The notes beneath the pieces were generated by a model. The model did not search any database. It was not told the origin of the DNA and worked only from the letters and a program-made list of their open reading frames with translations. From Candidatus Multivoradales bacterium (lineage in GTDB: Bacteria > Acidobacteriota > Thermoanaerobaculia > Multivoradales > J023), in the NCBI GenBank assembly GCA_965248925.1, contig CBDFLE010000006.1, positions 2,368,001 to 2,432,000 on the forward strand: a stretch of DNA of 64,000 nt, read 5' to 3'. Positions within the stretch are counted from its first letter, which is position 1; every line of letters begins with the position of its first letter. This document shows, piece by piece, positions 20,805 through 30,414 of the stretch. Made by a program: the position numbers and the translations under genes.

Positions 20805-23800
20805 GAAGCCACCTCCGGCGCCGCCGCCAACTCACCAGCCGAGTCCGGCGCCGCCACCGGCGCTCGCCGCGGCGAACGCGATTGCAGCAACGAACAGACC
20901 ACCGGAATCACCACCAGGGTCAGCACCGTCGCCACCGCTAGGCCGCCGATGACAGTGATCGCCAGCGGCGCCCGCAGCTCGGCACCCTCACCCAGGCCCA
21001 GCGCCATCGGCAGCAAACCGAAGATGGTGGTCGCCGAGGTCATCAAGATCGGCCGCAGCCGCTGGCGACCAGCCTCGATCAAGGCGGCGTGCAGCTCCAG
21101 GCCCTGGTCGCGGCGCAGGCGGTTGACGGCATCGACCAAGACGATGGCGTTGTTGACCACGATGCCAGCCAGCATCACCGCGCCGATTAGGGCCACTACA
21201 TTGACCGTCCGGCCGCTGAGTGCCAGCGCACCGATCACCCCGATGGCCCCCAACGGCAAGGTGAAGATGATCACCAACGGTTGCACGAACGACTCGAATT
21301 GCGACGCCATCACCAGATAAACCAGGAAGACCGCCAAGGCGAGGGCAAAGAGCAGGGAATTCAACGAACGCTCCATCTCCTGCTGCTGGCCACCCAGGTC
21401 GGCGGTGACCCCGGCAGGCAGCGGGGCTTTGGCTATCAGCCGCCGCAGGTCAGCCGCCACGGCGCCCATGTCGCGGCCCGCCAGGTCGGCTGAGATCAGT
21501 GCCGCGCGCTTCTGTCCAAGGCGGCGAATCTCGGCCGGCCCTTCCGCCAGCCGTAGATCGGCCACCGCCTTGAGCCGAATCGGCACCCCATCACGTTCGG
21601 CCAAGATCAGATTGCCGACATCGTCGAGGGTCGCTTCTCCCAGCTGCACCGAGCGCACCAGGATGTCGATCTCGCGCTCACCTCGGGTCAGGCGGGTGGC
21701 GACATCGCCCTGCACCTTGTTGCGCACTGTCGCGGCCACCGCCGCAAGATCCAAACCGAGACGGGCGAGTTGGTCGCGGCGAAAACCGACCTGCAACTCG
21801 GGATTGCCCAGCTCGGCCGAGGATTTGACATCGACCAGGCCGGCGACCTCTCCGAGCTCGCCTTTGATCAACTCCGCGGCAGCGTGCAGTTCCTCCAGCC
21901 GGTCGCCGTATAGTTCAATCTCGACCGGCGTTCGAAAACTAAATACCGATGGGCGCTCGAGTTCGAAGCGCGCTTGCTCAACCTTCTCCAGATTTTGACG
22001 CAGCTGCGCAATCACCGCCGCCTCGTCTTCCTGAGAGGTGCCTGAGGCCATGCGGACCTGGAGACGGCCCACGTTCTCGCCCTCGGTACCGGTATTCGAC
22101 AACGCCAGGCCCGCTCCGCCGGCGGTGGAGGCAAAAGTCTGGATTCGAGAATCGTCTGCAAGCCCACTTTGTAGTTCCGCCAAATAGCGATCGGTCACCG
22201 CCAGCGGCGTGCCCTCGGGTAGCTCGACCCGGAAGGCGAACTCACCCTGGGAAATGGTCGGAATCAGATCAAGTCCCAGTCGCGGCACCAACCACAAGGC
22301 TCCGGCAAGCAGCACCAGGGCGGTCAGCATGACCACCGCGCGCGCTCCCAGAGCACGTTGCAGGAGGCGGGGATAGGCTGCGCTCACGGTGCCCAGCAAT
22401 TGATCGAAGACCCAGCCAAACGGCCGCAGGAGACGACTCAGCAAGTAGCCCAAACCGCCCACCAGCCGCCTCGTCCCGAGCAGCAGGAAAGTCGGCAGGC
22501 GGACGGTGAAAAGATGAGCCCCACGGCGCCAACGGCCGGCCGTCGCCGCGAGCGGCGGGACCGCCACCCTCCCGCTCTCACCGCCGGCCAGCGCTGCCAA
22601 CATTGGAATGACGGTCAGCGACACGGCCAGTGACGCGATCAGTGAGAACGATACGGTGAGAGCCTGATCGCGAAACAGCTGTGCCGCCACCCCTTCGAGA
22701 AAAACCACCGGCAAGAACACCGCCACTGTGGTCAAGGTGGAAGCCGCCACTGCCCGGCCGACTTCGGAGGCACCCTGACGCGCCGCGGCGAAGGCTTCCT
22801 CGCCCGCTTCGCGACGCCGGTGGATAGCCTCTAGCACGACGATGGCGTTATCCACCAGCATGCCGACCCCGAGAGCTAAACCACCCAAAGACATGATGTT
22901 GAGACTAGTGCCGGTGCGGTACATGAGAAAGAAGGTAGCGATGATAGACAGAGGGATCGACAGGCCGATGATCAAGGTCGAGCGCAGATCCTTGAGGAAG
23001 AGCAAGAGCACCAAGATGGCGATCAAACCGCCGACCAGGGCATTGCTGAGCACCTCGCGGATCGAGGCTTCGATGAAATGCGATTGATCGACACCAGTGG
23101 CCAGTTCGACTTCCGCGGGCAGCTCGTCGCTCAGTTTTTCGAGCCGCGCGCGCACCGCTCGGGCCATCGCCACGGTGTTGGCATCGCCCTCCTTGTAGAG
23201 CGCCAGCTCGACCGCCTCGCGACCGCCGAAGCGGGTCACCACCTGACGCCGCCGGTGACCGCGGCGAACGGTGGCGACATCGGCCAGGGTCACCAGGCGA
23301 TCGCCCTCGGCGCGCACCACGGTGGCTCGAATGTCGTCGAGGTTCTCGAATTCGTTGCGGGCGCGCACCAGATAGCGCGCTTCTTTCTCGTACAAGCTAC
23401 CGCCAGCGCGGTTGACATTCTCCCGCGCCAGGCGATCGCGCACCTCTTCGATGCTCAATCCCAACAGCGCCAGCTGATCCTGGTCGACCTCGACTTGGAT
23501 CTCTTCCTCGAAGCCACCCAGTACCTTGACTGCCGCCAGACCAGGGGTCGATTCGAGGTCCTTCTTCAACACCTCTTCAGCCAAGTAGCGCAGCTGATAG
23601 AGGTCTTCGCTGCCACCCTCTTCTTGGTTGTTGCTGAGGTAGAGCCGCAGCACCGGATCGTTAGCGGGATCGAAGCGCAGCAACACCGGCTTGGAGGATT
23701 CGCGCGGCAGGCGCACCAGATCGAGCTTCTGCCGCACATCGAGGGCGGCAAAGTCCATCTGCCGGCCCCAGCCGAACTCCAGAGACACTTGCGACAGGCC

Positions 23801-24058
23801 GGGACGGGACACTGAGGTCAGCCTTTCGACCCCGCTGACCACCCCAGCCGCCTCCTCGATCGGTCGGGTCAGCAGCGCCTCAACCTCGGCCGGCGCGGCC
23901 CCGGGCAGGCGAGTCTCCACGGTCAGGCTGGGATAGGTAAGATCGGGTAGCAGATGAACCGGCAGACGGGAGAAGGCCACGCCGCCGAACATCATCAGGG
24001 CAAGCGCCACCATGGCGACGGTCACCCGACGCCGGAGAGAGAACTCGACGATACCCAT
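20801..24058 (-). CDS. RND efflux permease (AcrB/AcrD/AcrF family)
   Basis: 1085 aa, GMLVDNAIVVLE, GIVVNNAIVLVD, RLRPILMT. Confidence 0.93.
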   Translation of the reverse strand: MGIVEFSLRRRVTVAMVALALMMFGGVAFSRLPVHLLPDLTYPSLTVETRLPGAAPAEVEALLTRPIEEAAGVVSGVERLTSVSRPGLSQVSLEFGWGRQMDFAALDVRQKLDLVRLPRESSKPVLLRFDPANDPVLRLYLSNNQEEGGSEDLYQLRYLAEEVLKKDLESTPGLAAVKVLGGFEEEIQVEVDQDQLALLGLSIEEVRDRLARENVNRAGGSLYEKEARYLVRARNEFENLDDIRATVVRAEGDRLVTLADVATVRRGHRRRQVVTRFGGREAVELALYKEGDANTVAMARAVRARLEKLSDELPAEVELATGVDQSHFIEASIREVLSNALVGGLIAILVLLLFLKDLRSTLIIGLSIPLSIIATFFLMYRTGTSLNIMSLGGLALGVGMLVDNAIVVLEAIHRRREAGEEAFAAARQGASEVGRAVAASTLTTVAVFLPVVFLEGVAAQLFRDQALTVSFSLIASLAVSLTVIPMLAALAGGESGRVAVPPLAATAGRWRRGAHLFTVRLPTFLLLGTRRLVGGLGYLLSRLLRPFGWVFDQLLGTVSAAYPRLLQRALGARAVVMLTALVLLAGALWLVPRLGLDLIPTISQGEFAFRVELPEGTPLAVTDRYLAELQSGLADDSRIQTFASTAGGAGLALSNTGTEGENVGRLQVRMASGTSQEDEAAVIAQLRQNLEKVEQARFELERPSVFSFRTPVEIELYGDRLEELHAAAELIKGELGEVAGLVDVKSSAELGNPELQVGFRRDQLARLGLDLAAVAATVRNKVQGDVATRLTRGEREIDILVRSVQLGEATLDDVGNLILAERDGVPIRLKAVADLRLAEGPAEIRRLGQKRAALISADLAGRDMGAVAADLRRLIAKAPLPAGVTADLGGQQQEMERSLNSLLFALALAVFLVYLVMASQFESFVQPLVIIFTLPLGAIGVIGALALSGRTVNVVALIGAVMLAGIVVNNAIVLVDAVNRLRRDQGLELHAALIEAGRQRLRPILMTSATTIFGLLPMALGLGEGAELRAPLAITVIGGLAVATVLTLVVIPVVCSLLQSRSPRRAPVAAPDSAGELAAAPEVAS

Positions 24059-24061
24059 GGC

Positions 24062-25198
24062 TTAGCCGACCACTACCGGGTTGGCAGGTGGGGAGGCGGC
24101 GGAGTCCGCATCGAGTTGCTTGACCGTGCTGCCGTCCTCCAGGCCGCCCTGGCCGGCGACGATGATCTGCTCGCCAGCAGCGACGCCACTGAGCGCCTCG
24201 ACCTGGTCCCCTTCCTCGATCCCCAGAGTCACCAAACGGCGTTCGGCTTGGCCATCCCGGTAGACGAAGATGAAGGCTTTTTGCAGTTCGCGAACCACCG
24301 CACCACGGGGGATCAAAGCGACTTCGGTACGGGTTTCGCGAACGATGTCGACCCGCACAAAAGCACCGGGGCGAACCTCTGCCGGCGGTGAACCCACCTC
24401 GATGGTGACTTTGACCGTGCCGGTGGCGGTGTCCACCACCGGGCTGATCTGCCGCACCCGGCCGACAAACTCGGTCGCCTCGTTGGCTTTGAGCGCCAAC
24501 CGCACCCGCCGTCCGAGGTCGAGCGCCAGCACGTCGCGCTCGGGAAGGTAGATGCGCGCCACCAGCGGATCAAAATCCGCCACGGTGAAGAGTTCGTCAC
24601 CGATCCGCACATGCTGTCCGGGCTGCACCATGCGCTGGGTAACACGGCCAGCAAAGGGAGCGCGGATCTGCGTCTTGGTCAGCCGCCAGCGAGCTTCGGC
24701 AAGTTCCTGGCGCGCGATCTCGCTCTCCAGTCGGGTTCGCTCGAAAGCTTCCGGGCTGAGCAGCTCTTGCTCGTGGAGGTGAGTGGCCCGAGTGTAGACA
24801 TGCTGCTGAGTCTCGGCTTTGATCCGCGCCTTCTCGACCGCGATTTCTCCGTCTTCGGGGGCCAGCAGGGCAAGAAGCGCCCCCTTCTTGACCCAATCGC
24901 CTTCCTCGACCCGCAGCTCGGTCAGCCGTCCCTGCCACTCGGCCAACACCTTGACTTCGTTCTCGGGCACGAGGTTGGCGGTGGTCGAAATGTAGGACGA
25001 GACAGCGCCAGTGCCGACCGCGGTGGTGCGCACTGGAATGGCGACCGTGGCCGGCGTCGCCTCCTCGACCGGCGACGATCCAACGGCAGGGTTAGAGCCG
25101 GCGCTAGCCGCGTTGACCAGGTAGAAAACGGATATGACGATTACTAAACCACCGAGCGCCGCGGACAGCATCGGTAGATTCTTGCGAGTTTTGACCAT
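24062..25198 (-). CDS. RND periplasmic adaptor (MFP) subunit
   Basis: N-terminal TM segment, lipoyl-like VEEGDWVKKG and IRAPFAG, ISPVVDTATGT. Confidence 0.92.
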   Translation of the reverse strand: MVKTRKNLPMLSAALGGLVIVISVFYLVNAASAGSNPAVGSSPVEEATPATVAIPVRTTAVGTGAVSSYISTTANLVPENEVKVLAEWQGRLTELRVEEGDWVKKGALLALLAPEDGEIAVEKARIKAETQQHVYTRATHLHEQELLSPEAFERTRLESEIARQELAEARWRLTKTQIRAPFAGRVTQRMVQPGQHVRIGDELFTVADFDPLVARIYLPERDVLALDLGRRVRLALKANEATEFVGRVRQISPVVDTATGTVKVTIEVGSPPAEVRPGAFVRVDIVRETRTEVALIPRGAVVRELQKAFIFVYRDGQAERRLVTLGIEEGDQVEALSGVAAGEQIIVAGQGGLEDGSTVKQLDADSAASPPANPVVVG

Positions 25199-25251
25199 GA
25201 CATCTCCCTCGGTGGGCCTGAGACCGGGGTGAACAAGCAGTTGCGAGTGCG

Positions 25252-25274
25252 GTGTAAGAAGGCAGTGTAAGAAG
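25252..25274. promoter_or_regulatory. direct repeat GTGTAAGAAG x2, candidate operator
   Basis: 10-bp repeat at 25252 and 25265, between the predicted promoter and the MFP start. Confidence 0.4.
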
Positions 25275-25306
25275 AGCGAGCGTTAGAAGTCGCTCTGCTA
25301 AGACAC

Positions 25307-25331
25307 TACGCCGCCATTCGGCAATTGTTAC
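25307..25331 (-). promoter_or_regulatory. ECF-sigma-type promoter for the RND operon
   Basis: Minus strand reads GTAAC-N16-CGTA, matching the AAC/CGT consensus of ECF sigma promoters. Confidence 0.55.
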
Positions 25332-25565
25332 CAGCGCTCTTCACCAAGATAGACGCTGGTGGGCGGCTGAAAGTTCCCGGGCCAGCTGCGCTGCGCCTTC
25401 AGCGGTTTGGTCTCGACGTCTCGACGGCAGGCCGGCGCGCTTGCTATCCTGCCGCGAAGTCATGCACCGGATCAGCAAACGGCGGCAGCCGAGCGCTGCC
25501 CACCTGGAATCCAGAACGTGAAACCCAGACTGTGCAACCCGTGAGTTGTACGAGGAGCCCAAGCG

Positions 25566-26039
25566 ATGAAGATCAAGACTTGCCTCGCCTTTGCGACGAT
25601 CGCAGCCGTGCTACTGACGGCTGCACCGGTACTAGCGGCGGGTGGCGACGACATCCTCGGCATCTGGGTGACCCCGGAAGGCCGCACGCACGTCGAGATC
25701 TATAAAGACGGCGAGACCTATTCCGGCAAGATAATCTGGCTCGGCGAGCCCGATTACCCCGCCGACGATGACCGCGACATGGCCGGCAAACCCAAGGTCG
25801 ACCGCGAAAATCCAGACCAGAAACTGCGCGATCAACCGCTGGTCGGCCTGCAATTACTGCGCAACCTGCAAGCCTCGGGAAGCTCGTGGAAAAACGGCTC
25901 GATCTACGATCCGAAAGAGGGCAAGACTTACAAATGCAAGGCTTCGCTCAAGGGCGACACCCTGCACCTGCGCGGCTACATCGGCTTCTCCCTGATCGGC
26001 CGCACCTCGCTGTGGACACGGCTACAAGAGGACGGCTGA
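25566..26039 (+). CDS. DUF2147 family secreted protein
   Basis: Signal peptide, ILGIW, GKIIWL, GSIYDPKEGKTY, LRGYIGFSLIGRT. Confidence 0.88.
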   Translation: MKIKTCLAFATIAAVLLTAAPVLAAGGDDILGIWVTPEGRTHVEIYKDGETYSGKIIWLGEPDYPADDDRDMAGKPKVDRENPDQKLRDQPLVGLQLLRNLQASGSSWKNGSIYDPKEGKTYKCKASLKGDTLHLRGYIGFSLIGRTSLWTRLQEDG

Positions 26040-26057
26040 CGGCTGCACAGGAAACGT

Positions 26058-26095
26058 AAATGGCGGTTCCCCTGCTGCGGGGAAGCGCCATTTTT
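26058..26095. terminator. intrinsic terminator (possibly bidirectional)
   Basis: AAATGGCG-GTTCCCC..GGGGAA-GCGCCATTTTT hairpin between convergent genes. Confidence 0.7.
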
Positions 26096-26111
26096 CTGCT
26101 TTGCATCCTGG

Positions 26112-27443
26112 CTAGAGGCGTCTAGAGGCGCTGGCCGTTGATGGCCGGGTCACCCGCCGATTGCGTGGGTTGAAACTCGGATCGCCGAACACGCCACGGA
26201 AGTTCGGGTTATCGAGCCGCTGGGTGAGGATCTCGGTGAGGATGTCGCGGTAGTCGATAGTGATCTGCAGGTCCTGGCCGTCGTAGAGTTCGTCATTCTC
26301 CAACCCCGGCCAATCAGTCAACACCCGGCCACCCCGAATCCCGTCCCCCAGCACCAACATCAGGCCGCCATGACCGTGGTCGGTGCCGGCGCTACCGTTC
26401 TCGAAGGCGTTGCGGCCGAATTCAGAGGTCGTGATCGTGGTGACGTTGTTGACCGAATCGCCCTCTAAGTCGGCATGGAAGGCACCGAGTGAGCGGGCAA
26501 ACCCCTGCATCAGGGCGTTCATCCTACCGTCGGTGGGACCTTGGTTGTCGTGGGTATCCCAGCCGCCGATGTCGATGGCGATCGCCTCGACTCCGAGCTG
26601 CGCCTTGATCAGCGCCGCGGTGGTGCGCAGAGCGTAGCCAAAGGCATTCTCCGGGTACTCCGCGCCAGCGGCCGGCTGATAACCGTCGAAACCGATTCTA
26701 TTGAGCAGATTGATGGTGTCGAAAGTGGTGCGCGCAGCGGTCTTCAGTGGCTCGTCGAAGCGCCGGTACATATTCGACAGGGCGAGCCGGCGCTCACTTT
26801 CGGTTGAACCATTTCCTTCCAAGCCGAAATTGGCTAGATCGCTGATTGGCAAGGTCTTGGGCGCACCCGCCAGCGAGCGTTGCAGGCCAAAGCCCAGGCC
26901 CACCGCCCGCAGTACGCCACTTTCGGCGGTCGGCGCGGTGACCTGTAGATGACGTCCCAACCAACCGGAGAAGAGGTTGGCCGGTGGCTCGTCTTGGCCA
27001 ACCTCCATGTTGTGCATGGCCGCGAAATGAGAACGGGTGCTGGAAGGCAGGCCGCAGGCGTGCACCACCAGTAAGTCATCGTTGTTGTAGGCCGCCATCA
27101 GCGGCTCGAAGGCGGGCGGAAAACCGAAGCGCCCGTTCAACCGCAGTGCCCGGTTGGGGTCGCTCGAATCCGGCGGCGGAATGGCGATGGTGGGACGAAG
27201 GCGGTAGTAATTCGGCTCTGCATAGGGCACACACAACGACAACGAGTCGGCGCCGCCGCGCATGAAAATCGCCACCAGCACGTCGCGCGAGCTGTTCTCA
27301 CTATCGGCCAGCACCACTCGCGGCAGCCAGGCCGGCACCGCGGCGGCGGCGGCCAGGCCGGCACCCATGCCAACGAAGTTGCGGCGGGTGAGCTGCCGAG
27401 ACAGCTGGTCGTATTCGCGGCATCCGCGGCATTCATCGGACAT
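26112..27443 (-). CDS. DUF1501 family protein, Tat-exported
   Basis: TRRNFV Tat motif, FMRGGAD, RSHF, GGWDTH, SEFGR, GTDHG. Confidence 0.9.
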   Translation of the reverse strand: MSDECRGCREYDQLSRQLTRRNFVGMGAGLAAAAAVPAWLPRVVLADSENSSRDVLVAIFMRGGADSLSLCVPYAEPNYYRLRPTIAIPPPDSSDPNRALRLNGRFGFPPAFEPLMAAYNNDDLLVVHACGLPSSTRSHFAAMHNMEVGQDEPPANLFSGWLGRHLQVTAPTAESGVLRAVGLGFGLQRSLAGAPKTLPISDLANFGLEGNGSTESERRLALSNMYRRFDEPLKTAARTTFDTINLLNRIGFDGYQPAAGAEYPENAFGYALRTTAALIKAQLGVEAIAIDIGGWDTHDNQGPTDGRMNALMQGFARSLGAFHADLEGDSVNNVTTITTSEFGRNAFENGSAGTDHGHGGLMLVLGDGIRGGRVLTDWPGLENDELYDGQDLQITIDYRDILTEILTQRLDNPNFRGVFGDPSFNPRNRRVTRPSTASASRRL

Positions 27444-27509
27444 CTGAAAACTCCTCAGTCAACGGCTGGTGATGCTGGTGATCAACGTCTGAGGTTTGCG
27501 GCAACATGC

Positions 27510-29045
27510 TCAATACCTCTGGAAATCGGGAGAGGCCAGCGCCAGACCCATCGCCTCGCGGACCCGACCTTCATCAATCGGCCGACGCTCGAGGAACATT
27601 CGCAATTCGGCCCGAGTGGGCTGTGACATGGTCTCGTCAAGGAGCAGGATGTCGAGCCGCCGGGCCAACTGGCCAGCGTTCAGTTCAGGACGCAGGAAAG
27701 GCCCTTGGGAGACGTCGACACCGCTCTGTTGCTGGTGCGGCAAAACGGCGGAGAAGTTCCACCGCGGAGTAATGTAGCCCGACCAATAACCTTCGCTGTC
27801 GGGGAAGCCGTTGGGCGGACGCCAGGTGAAAGGCAAGTGGCCAGCGGCAAAGAGCGAGTCGAGGGTAAATTGCGGCGATTCGATGCGCGCTTCGAGAGCC
27901 CGCAGTGACGACACTGCGAGGTGGAATGGCCTCTTCAGCTTGGGCTCGCTGCGCTCGATCCGGCCCCGCTTGAGAACTTCTCTGACCACCGCCTGGATGT
28001 CGCCATCGCTGGAGCGAAACACCGACGCCACCTGGTCGACCAAGCCTTGGCCAGGATCGTAGCGGATAAAGAAGCGCAGCAATTTGCGGCAGACAAAATC
28101 CGCGGTCAGCGGATGATCCGCCAAGATGCGCAGCACCCGCTGGCCATCGCGTTGGCCACCACCGGCAGCGATTTCTCGGCCAAGCACCACTTTGCGGCCA
28201 AAATCATGCTGCGATTCGTCGAAGATAAACTCGCCCAGCGCCTCGCCATCACTGCGATACGCCACCCGCCAACCGGTGAAGCAACGCGCCACTTCGCGCA
28301 CGTCTACCTCGGTGTAACCACGGTCGGCGCCCAAGGTGTGCAGCTCCATCAGCTCACGGGCGTAGTTCTCGTTCGGATGCTCCTTGGTGTTGCTGTTGTT
28401 GGTCAGGTAGGTGAGCATGGCGGGGCTGTGGGCACTGGCCCGCAGCAGCTCTAAGAAGTTGCCCAGCGCATGCTTCCGGATCACTTCGCGATCATCCACC
28501 GGCTTGAGGAACTCGACCCCGCCGGCGGCAAAAAAATCTATATTAAAGTGATCGGTCCAAAACACCACCATGCGCTCAAACAGCTGCCGCGGGCTGTAAA
28601 CCGCCCGTAAGAGAGTCGCGTACCACAGCTCCACCGCTATCTGGAATGGCTCGCCTTGGTAGTTCTGAAACAGTTGCGCGGCGCTCATCGACAGAGTCGG
28701 GAAAGCACTTTGCAACAAAGTTTCGAGTTCACTGTCGTCGTAGAAGCGGTAGTTGAGCAAACGATTCAAATAGCGGTTGTAACCGAGCTCTTCGGCCCGC
28801 GCCGCCTCGGCCCGGGTCCAACCCATCGTGGCCCGCTGAATAAGCCGCCGCTGCGCTGCGAGCTCGCCGGCGTCTTTCGCCGAGGCTGCTCCCCCGGCCA
28901 AGGTCTTGGCGGGGGTTGGCTCAATCCACGACTGGGGAATCGCGGGTCGCAACAGCCCTGCCGGCAATCGGGGCAGCACTCTCGCCCCTAGCGCCGGATT
29001 CTGTGGACCGGAGAAGCCAAAGGAAGGAGTTGAGGCAAGTGCCAT
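27510..29045 (-). CDS. DUF1800 family protein
   Basis: QLFERMVVFWTDHF, PNENYARELMELHTLG, SPDFQ; typical partner of DUF1501. Confidence 0.9.
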   Translation of the reverse strand: MALASTPSFGFSGPQNPALGARVLPRLPAGLLRPAIPQSWIEPTPAKTLAGGAASAKDAGELAAQRRLIQRATMGWTRAEAARAEELGYNRYLNRLLNYRFYDDSELETLLQSAFPTLSMSAAQLFQNYQGEPFQIAVELWYATLLRAVYSPRQLFERMVVFWTDHFNIDFFAAGGVEFLKPVDDREVIRKHALGNFLELLRASAHSPAMLTYLTNNSNTKEHPNENYARELMELHTLGADRGYTEVDVREVARCFTGWRVAYRSDGEALGEFIFDESQHDFGRKVVLGREIAAGGGQRDGQRVLRILADHPLTADFVCRKLLRFFIRYDPGQGLVDQVASVFRSSDGDIQAVVREVLKRGRIERSEPKLKRPFHLAVSSLRALEARIESPQFTLDSLFAAGHLPFTWRPPNGFPDSEGYWSGYITPRWNFSAVLPHQQQSGVDVSQGPFLRPELNAGQLARRLDILLLDETMSQPTRAELRMFLERRPIDEGRVREAMGLALASPDFQRY

Positions 29046-29309
29046 GATCGAATCCCCTTTCACGGGTGGGTGTCTGCATGGGCTGGGCCGTTTCCGCCAG
29101 CGGCTAGCGGCAGCGATTCAGCAACTCCACACTATCTATGCTCGCCAGGCATCCATCGGTTGACAAAACTCTGCCAGCAAACCGTTCTAGCGCCAACATG
29201 TGCCGCGGCCGCGATCAAAACATTACAACATCTCTATTTATAGACCAGATTCATTCCCGAGTAAAGTAGCCATCCGACCGATTCACCCGTCTGCCGCGAG
29301 GAGCTGCCG

Positions 29310-30290
29310 ATGTCTCTATCGAACCGTCACACCGTATTGCCCTTGTTTAGAGTTCTGATCCTGCTGGGGGTTGTTCTCGGCCTCTGCGGCCCGCTCGCAG
29401 CCGAACCGACAGCGCCCTCGATCCACAACGCAAGCCAGCCCGAGGAGGGTCTAATGGCCGCGGGTCAACCCACCGCCGAGCAACTCGGCGCCCTCGCCGA
29501 GGCGGGATTTCGCAGCGTGATCGACATGCGCACGGCGGCCGAGGATCGCGGCTTTGACGAAGCCGCGGAGAGCGCCCGTCTGGGCCTCGCCTACCGGTCG
29601 ATTCCGATCGGCAGGGAGCTGGCCAGTGAGCAGCTGAGTGAAGTGTTCGACGCTCTTGATCAAGCCGAACGTCCCCTGCTGGTGCATTGCGCCAGCTCCA
29701 ACCGGGTTGGCGCCCTCTACTACGCCTATTTGGTGGAGCGAGGCGGCGTGGATATGGCGGTCGCCAGCCAGCGTGCAACTGCTGCTGGCCTGCGCAGCGC
29801 CGCCTTGCGGCAGCAGGTGGAAAGGTTGCTCGAACAGCGCAGCACCACCACCGTGATCCTGGTACGACACGCCGAGAAAACCTCCCCCCACGGTGACCCG
29901 CCGCTGAGCGCCGCTGGCCAGCAGCGCGCAGCGGCCCTGGCCACCCTGCTGCGAGACGCCGAGGTGAGGGCAATCTACGCCACCCAATTCGCCCGCACCC
30001 AGCAGACCGCGGCGCCGCTGGCCACCGTCCTGGGTGTAGAAGTGACGGTGGTGGCGGCTGGCGATTCCTTCGCACCACGGATGGCCAAGCTGCTCAGCCA
30101 GCGGCATGGCGGCGAAGTAGTGGTCAGTATCAGCCACAGCAACACCGTGCCGGCGATCCTGGCCGAACTCGGCATCGCGGACCCACCGCCAATCGCGGAC
30201 CACCAATACGACGGTTTCTACATGGTGACCTTGAGCCGCGCCAAACCCGCCCGTCTAATGACCCTGCGCTACGGAGCGCCAACTCCCTGA
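29310..30290 (+). CDS. secreted fusion of a DUF442/PTP-like domain and a histidine phosphatase domain
   Basis: Signal peptide; AGQP..VIDMR..HCASSNR, then ILVRHAEK..RTQQTA..SHSNT. Confidence 0.8.
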   Translation: MSLSNRHTVLPLFRVLILLGVVLGLCGPLAAEPTAPSIHNASQPEEGLMAAGQPTAEQLGALAEAGFRSVIDMRTAAEDRGFDEAAESARLGLAYRSIPIGRELASEQLSEVFDALDQAERPLLVHCASSNRVGALYYAYLVERGGVDMAVASQRATAAGLRSAALRQQVERLLEQRSTTTVILVRHAEKTSPHGDPPLSAAGQQRAAALATLLRDAEVRAIYATQFARTQQTAAPLATVLGVEVTVVAAGDSFAPRMAKLLSQRHGGEVVVSISHSNTVPAILAELGIADPPPIADHQYDGFYMVTLSRAKPARLMTLRYGAPTP

Positions 30291-30414
30291 GTCTGAACCC
30301 AGCTCTTCTTCGGAGGGGCGGGTGACCCCCCTCTTGGACTGCCAGAACCGGAACCGCCTAGAGCACAGTGATCCATGACCCGGTGAGCCATAAGACACTC
30401 TGTCGCATAGTTTG

